Origin: an uncultured virus (IMG/VR IMGVR_UViG_3300029908_000008) | Taxonomy: Duplodnaviria; Heunggongvirae; Uroviricota; Caudoviricetes | Direction: 5' to 3' (one strand) | Length of the DNA stretch: 38,305 bases | Virus record (IMG/VR): IMGVR_UViG_3300029908_000008 | Part shown: positions 37,629 through 38,305 of the stretch, piece by piece | Numbering within the stretch: position 1 is the stretch's first letter | How the letters are laid out: each line of letters opens with the position of its first letter | Program-made: the position numbers and the translations under genes | Notes under the pieces: generated by a model | What the model saw: only the letters and a program-made list of their open reading frames with translations | Database searches by the model: none | Told to the model about the DNA's origin: nothing

Positions 37629-37822
37629 AAATTTAAATAACTTGGTCTTGTATTTGCTGTGCGATAAACATGATCATTTTTTAAAATAAAATCTTTATGT
37701 ATTATGCGATCAATTTCCTGTTGGGGTACCTGTTTAGATAGATATCCGGATATAAAAAAATAATTTGTGCTATATTTACTCATTATTTCATATATTTTTA
37801 GCGACAATTCTGAATCAGTCAT
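37625..37822 (-). CDS. small hypothetical protein with RPSYLNL tag
   Basis: 65 aa; ATGA overlap with dnaX. Confidence 0.7.
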   Translation of the reverse strand: MTDSELSLKIYEIMSKYSTNYFFISGYLSKQVPQQEIDRIIHKDFILKNDHVYRTANTRPSYLNL

Positions 37823-38051
37823 TTTTACTTAAATACTCCGGTTTACAAATAAAAGGTATAGTAGAAACTAGGCTTTGTTTTGGATCTGTGTCGTCAAAAA
37901 TAAAATATTCTGAATTTACCATGAGCAATCCGATACCTTTTATATGGTCATAATTTTCATAAAATAAATAATATAATTTATTTTCTTCAATAGAATTATT
38001 GTGTTCTAAAATTATTTTTCTTATTATAGTCACAATTTCATTTTTGGTCAT
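37815..38051 (-). CDS. small hypothetical protein with CKPEYLSKND tag
   Basis: 78 aa ORF. Confidence 0.7.
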   Translation of the reverse strand: MTKNEIVTIIRKIILEHNNSIEENKLYYLFYENYDHIKGIGLLMVNSEYFIFDDTDPKQSLVSTIPFICKPEYLSKND

Positions 38052-38054
38052 TTT

Positions 38055-38204
38055 TTATTTTAAATACTCTGGCTTCTTATTTACAATTACAACATCATAA
38101 TAATAATCGTCTTGAATCATTTTTCTAATTAAATATAATAATTTATAATATTGTACAAATAATAAAGGTGACAATATACTAAATAAAGAAGAATAATAAG
38201 TAAA
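38055..38204 (-). pseudogene. gene remnant or very short ORF ending KKPEYLK
   Basis: Frame reads ...LIRKMIQDDYYYDVVIVNKKPEYLK*, bounded upstream by an in-frame TAG at 38205-38207. Confidence 0.5.
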
Positions 38205-38305
38205 CTAAAAAACAATTATTTAAAGAATATGGGAAGAAATTCAGTAATATACCTGAATTGTCATATTATTTAGAAATAACTGTGTGTAAGTGATTCGGTG
38301 TCCGA

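Noticed and set aside
1..38305. Stop-codon reassignment (TAG or TGA recoding) as seen in some large phages
   Set aside because: Long genes are intact under code 11 with high coding density. The broken small genes involve TAA stops or frameshifts, and reading through the TAG at 38205 meets a TAA five codons further upstream.
1..38305. tRNA, rRNA or structured ncRNA genes
   Set aside because: Intergenic gaps are short and AT-rich, and no cloverleaf or T-loop signature was seen by eye; a tRNAscan or Infernal run would be needed for certainty.

Overview
AT-rich segment of a large (probably jumbo) tailed-phage genome, almost entirely on the minus strand. The centre (9.6-32.9 kb) is a head-morphogenesis module: putative small terminase, large terminase, about 11 uncharacterised genes, a portal with a fused DUF559/Vsr-like nuclease domain, a 1366-aa prohead protease-like polyprotein, an acidic scaffold-like protein, a decoration-like protein and a compact HK97-fold major capsid protein. 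The right arm carries a bacterial-type clamp and clamp-loader set (dnaX-, dnaN- and holA-like) interleaved with two sigma-70-family factors, one SigH-like. The left arm carries a soluble Clp-like AAA+/M41 metalloprotease, translation initiation factor IF-1, and a tightly packed array of tiny genes. The most striking signal is a C-terminal tag, (C/K/R/I/M)-P-x-Y-L-(K), on 15 intact small proteins of several unrelated sequence types at both ends of the window. It is encoded with synonymous codon variation and is degenerate in three neighbouring pseudogenes. This suggests an undescribed phage-wide C-terminal tagging system (degron, packaging signal or clamp-docking motif). All family assignments come from motif recognition by eye; no database search was run.
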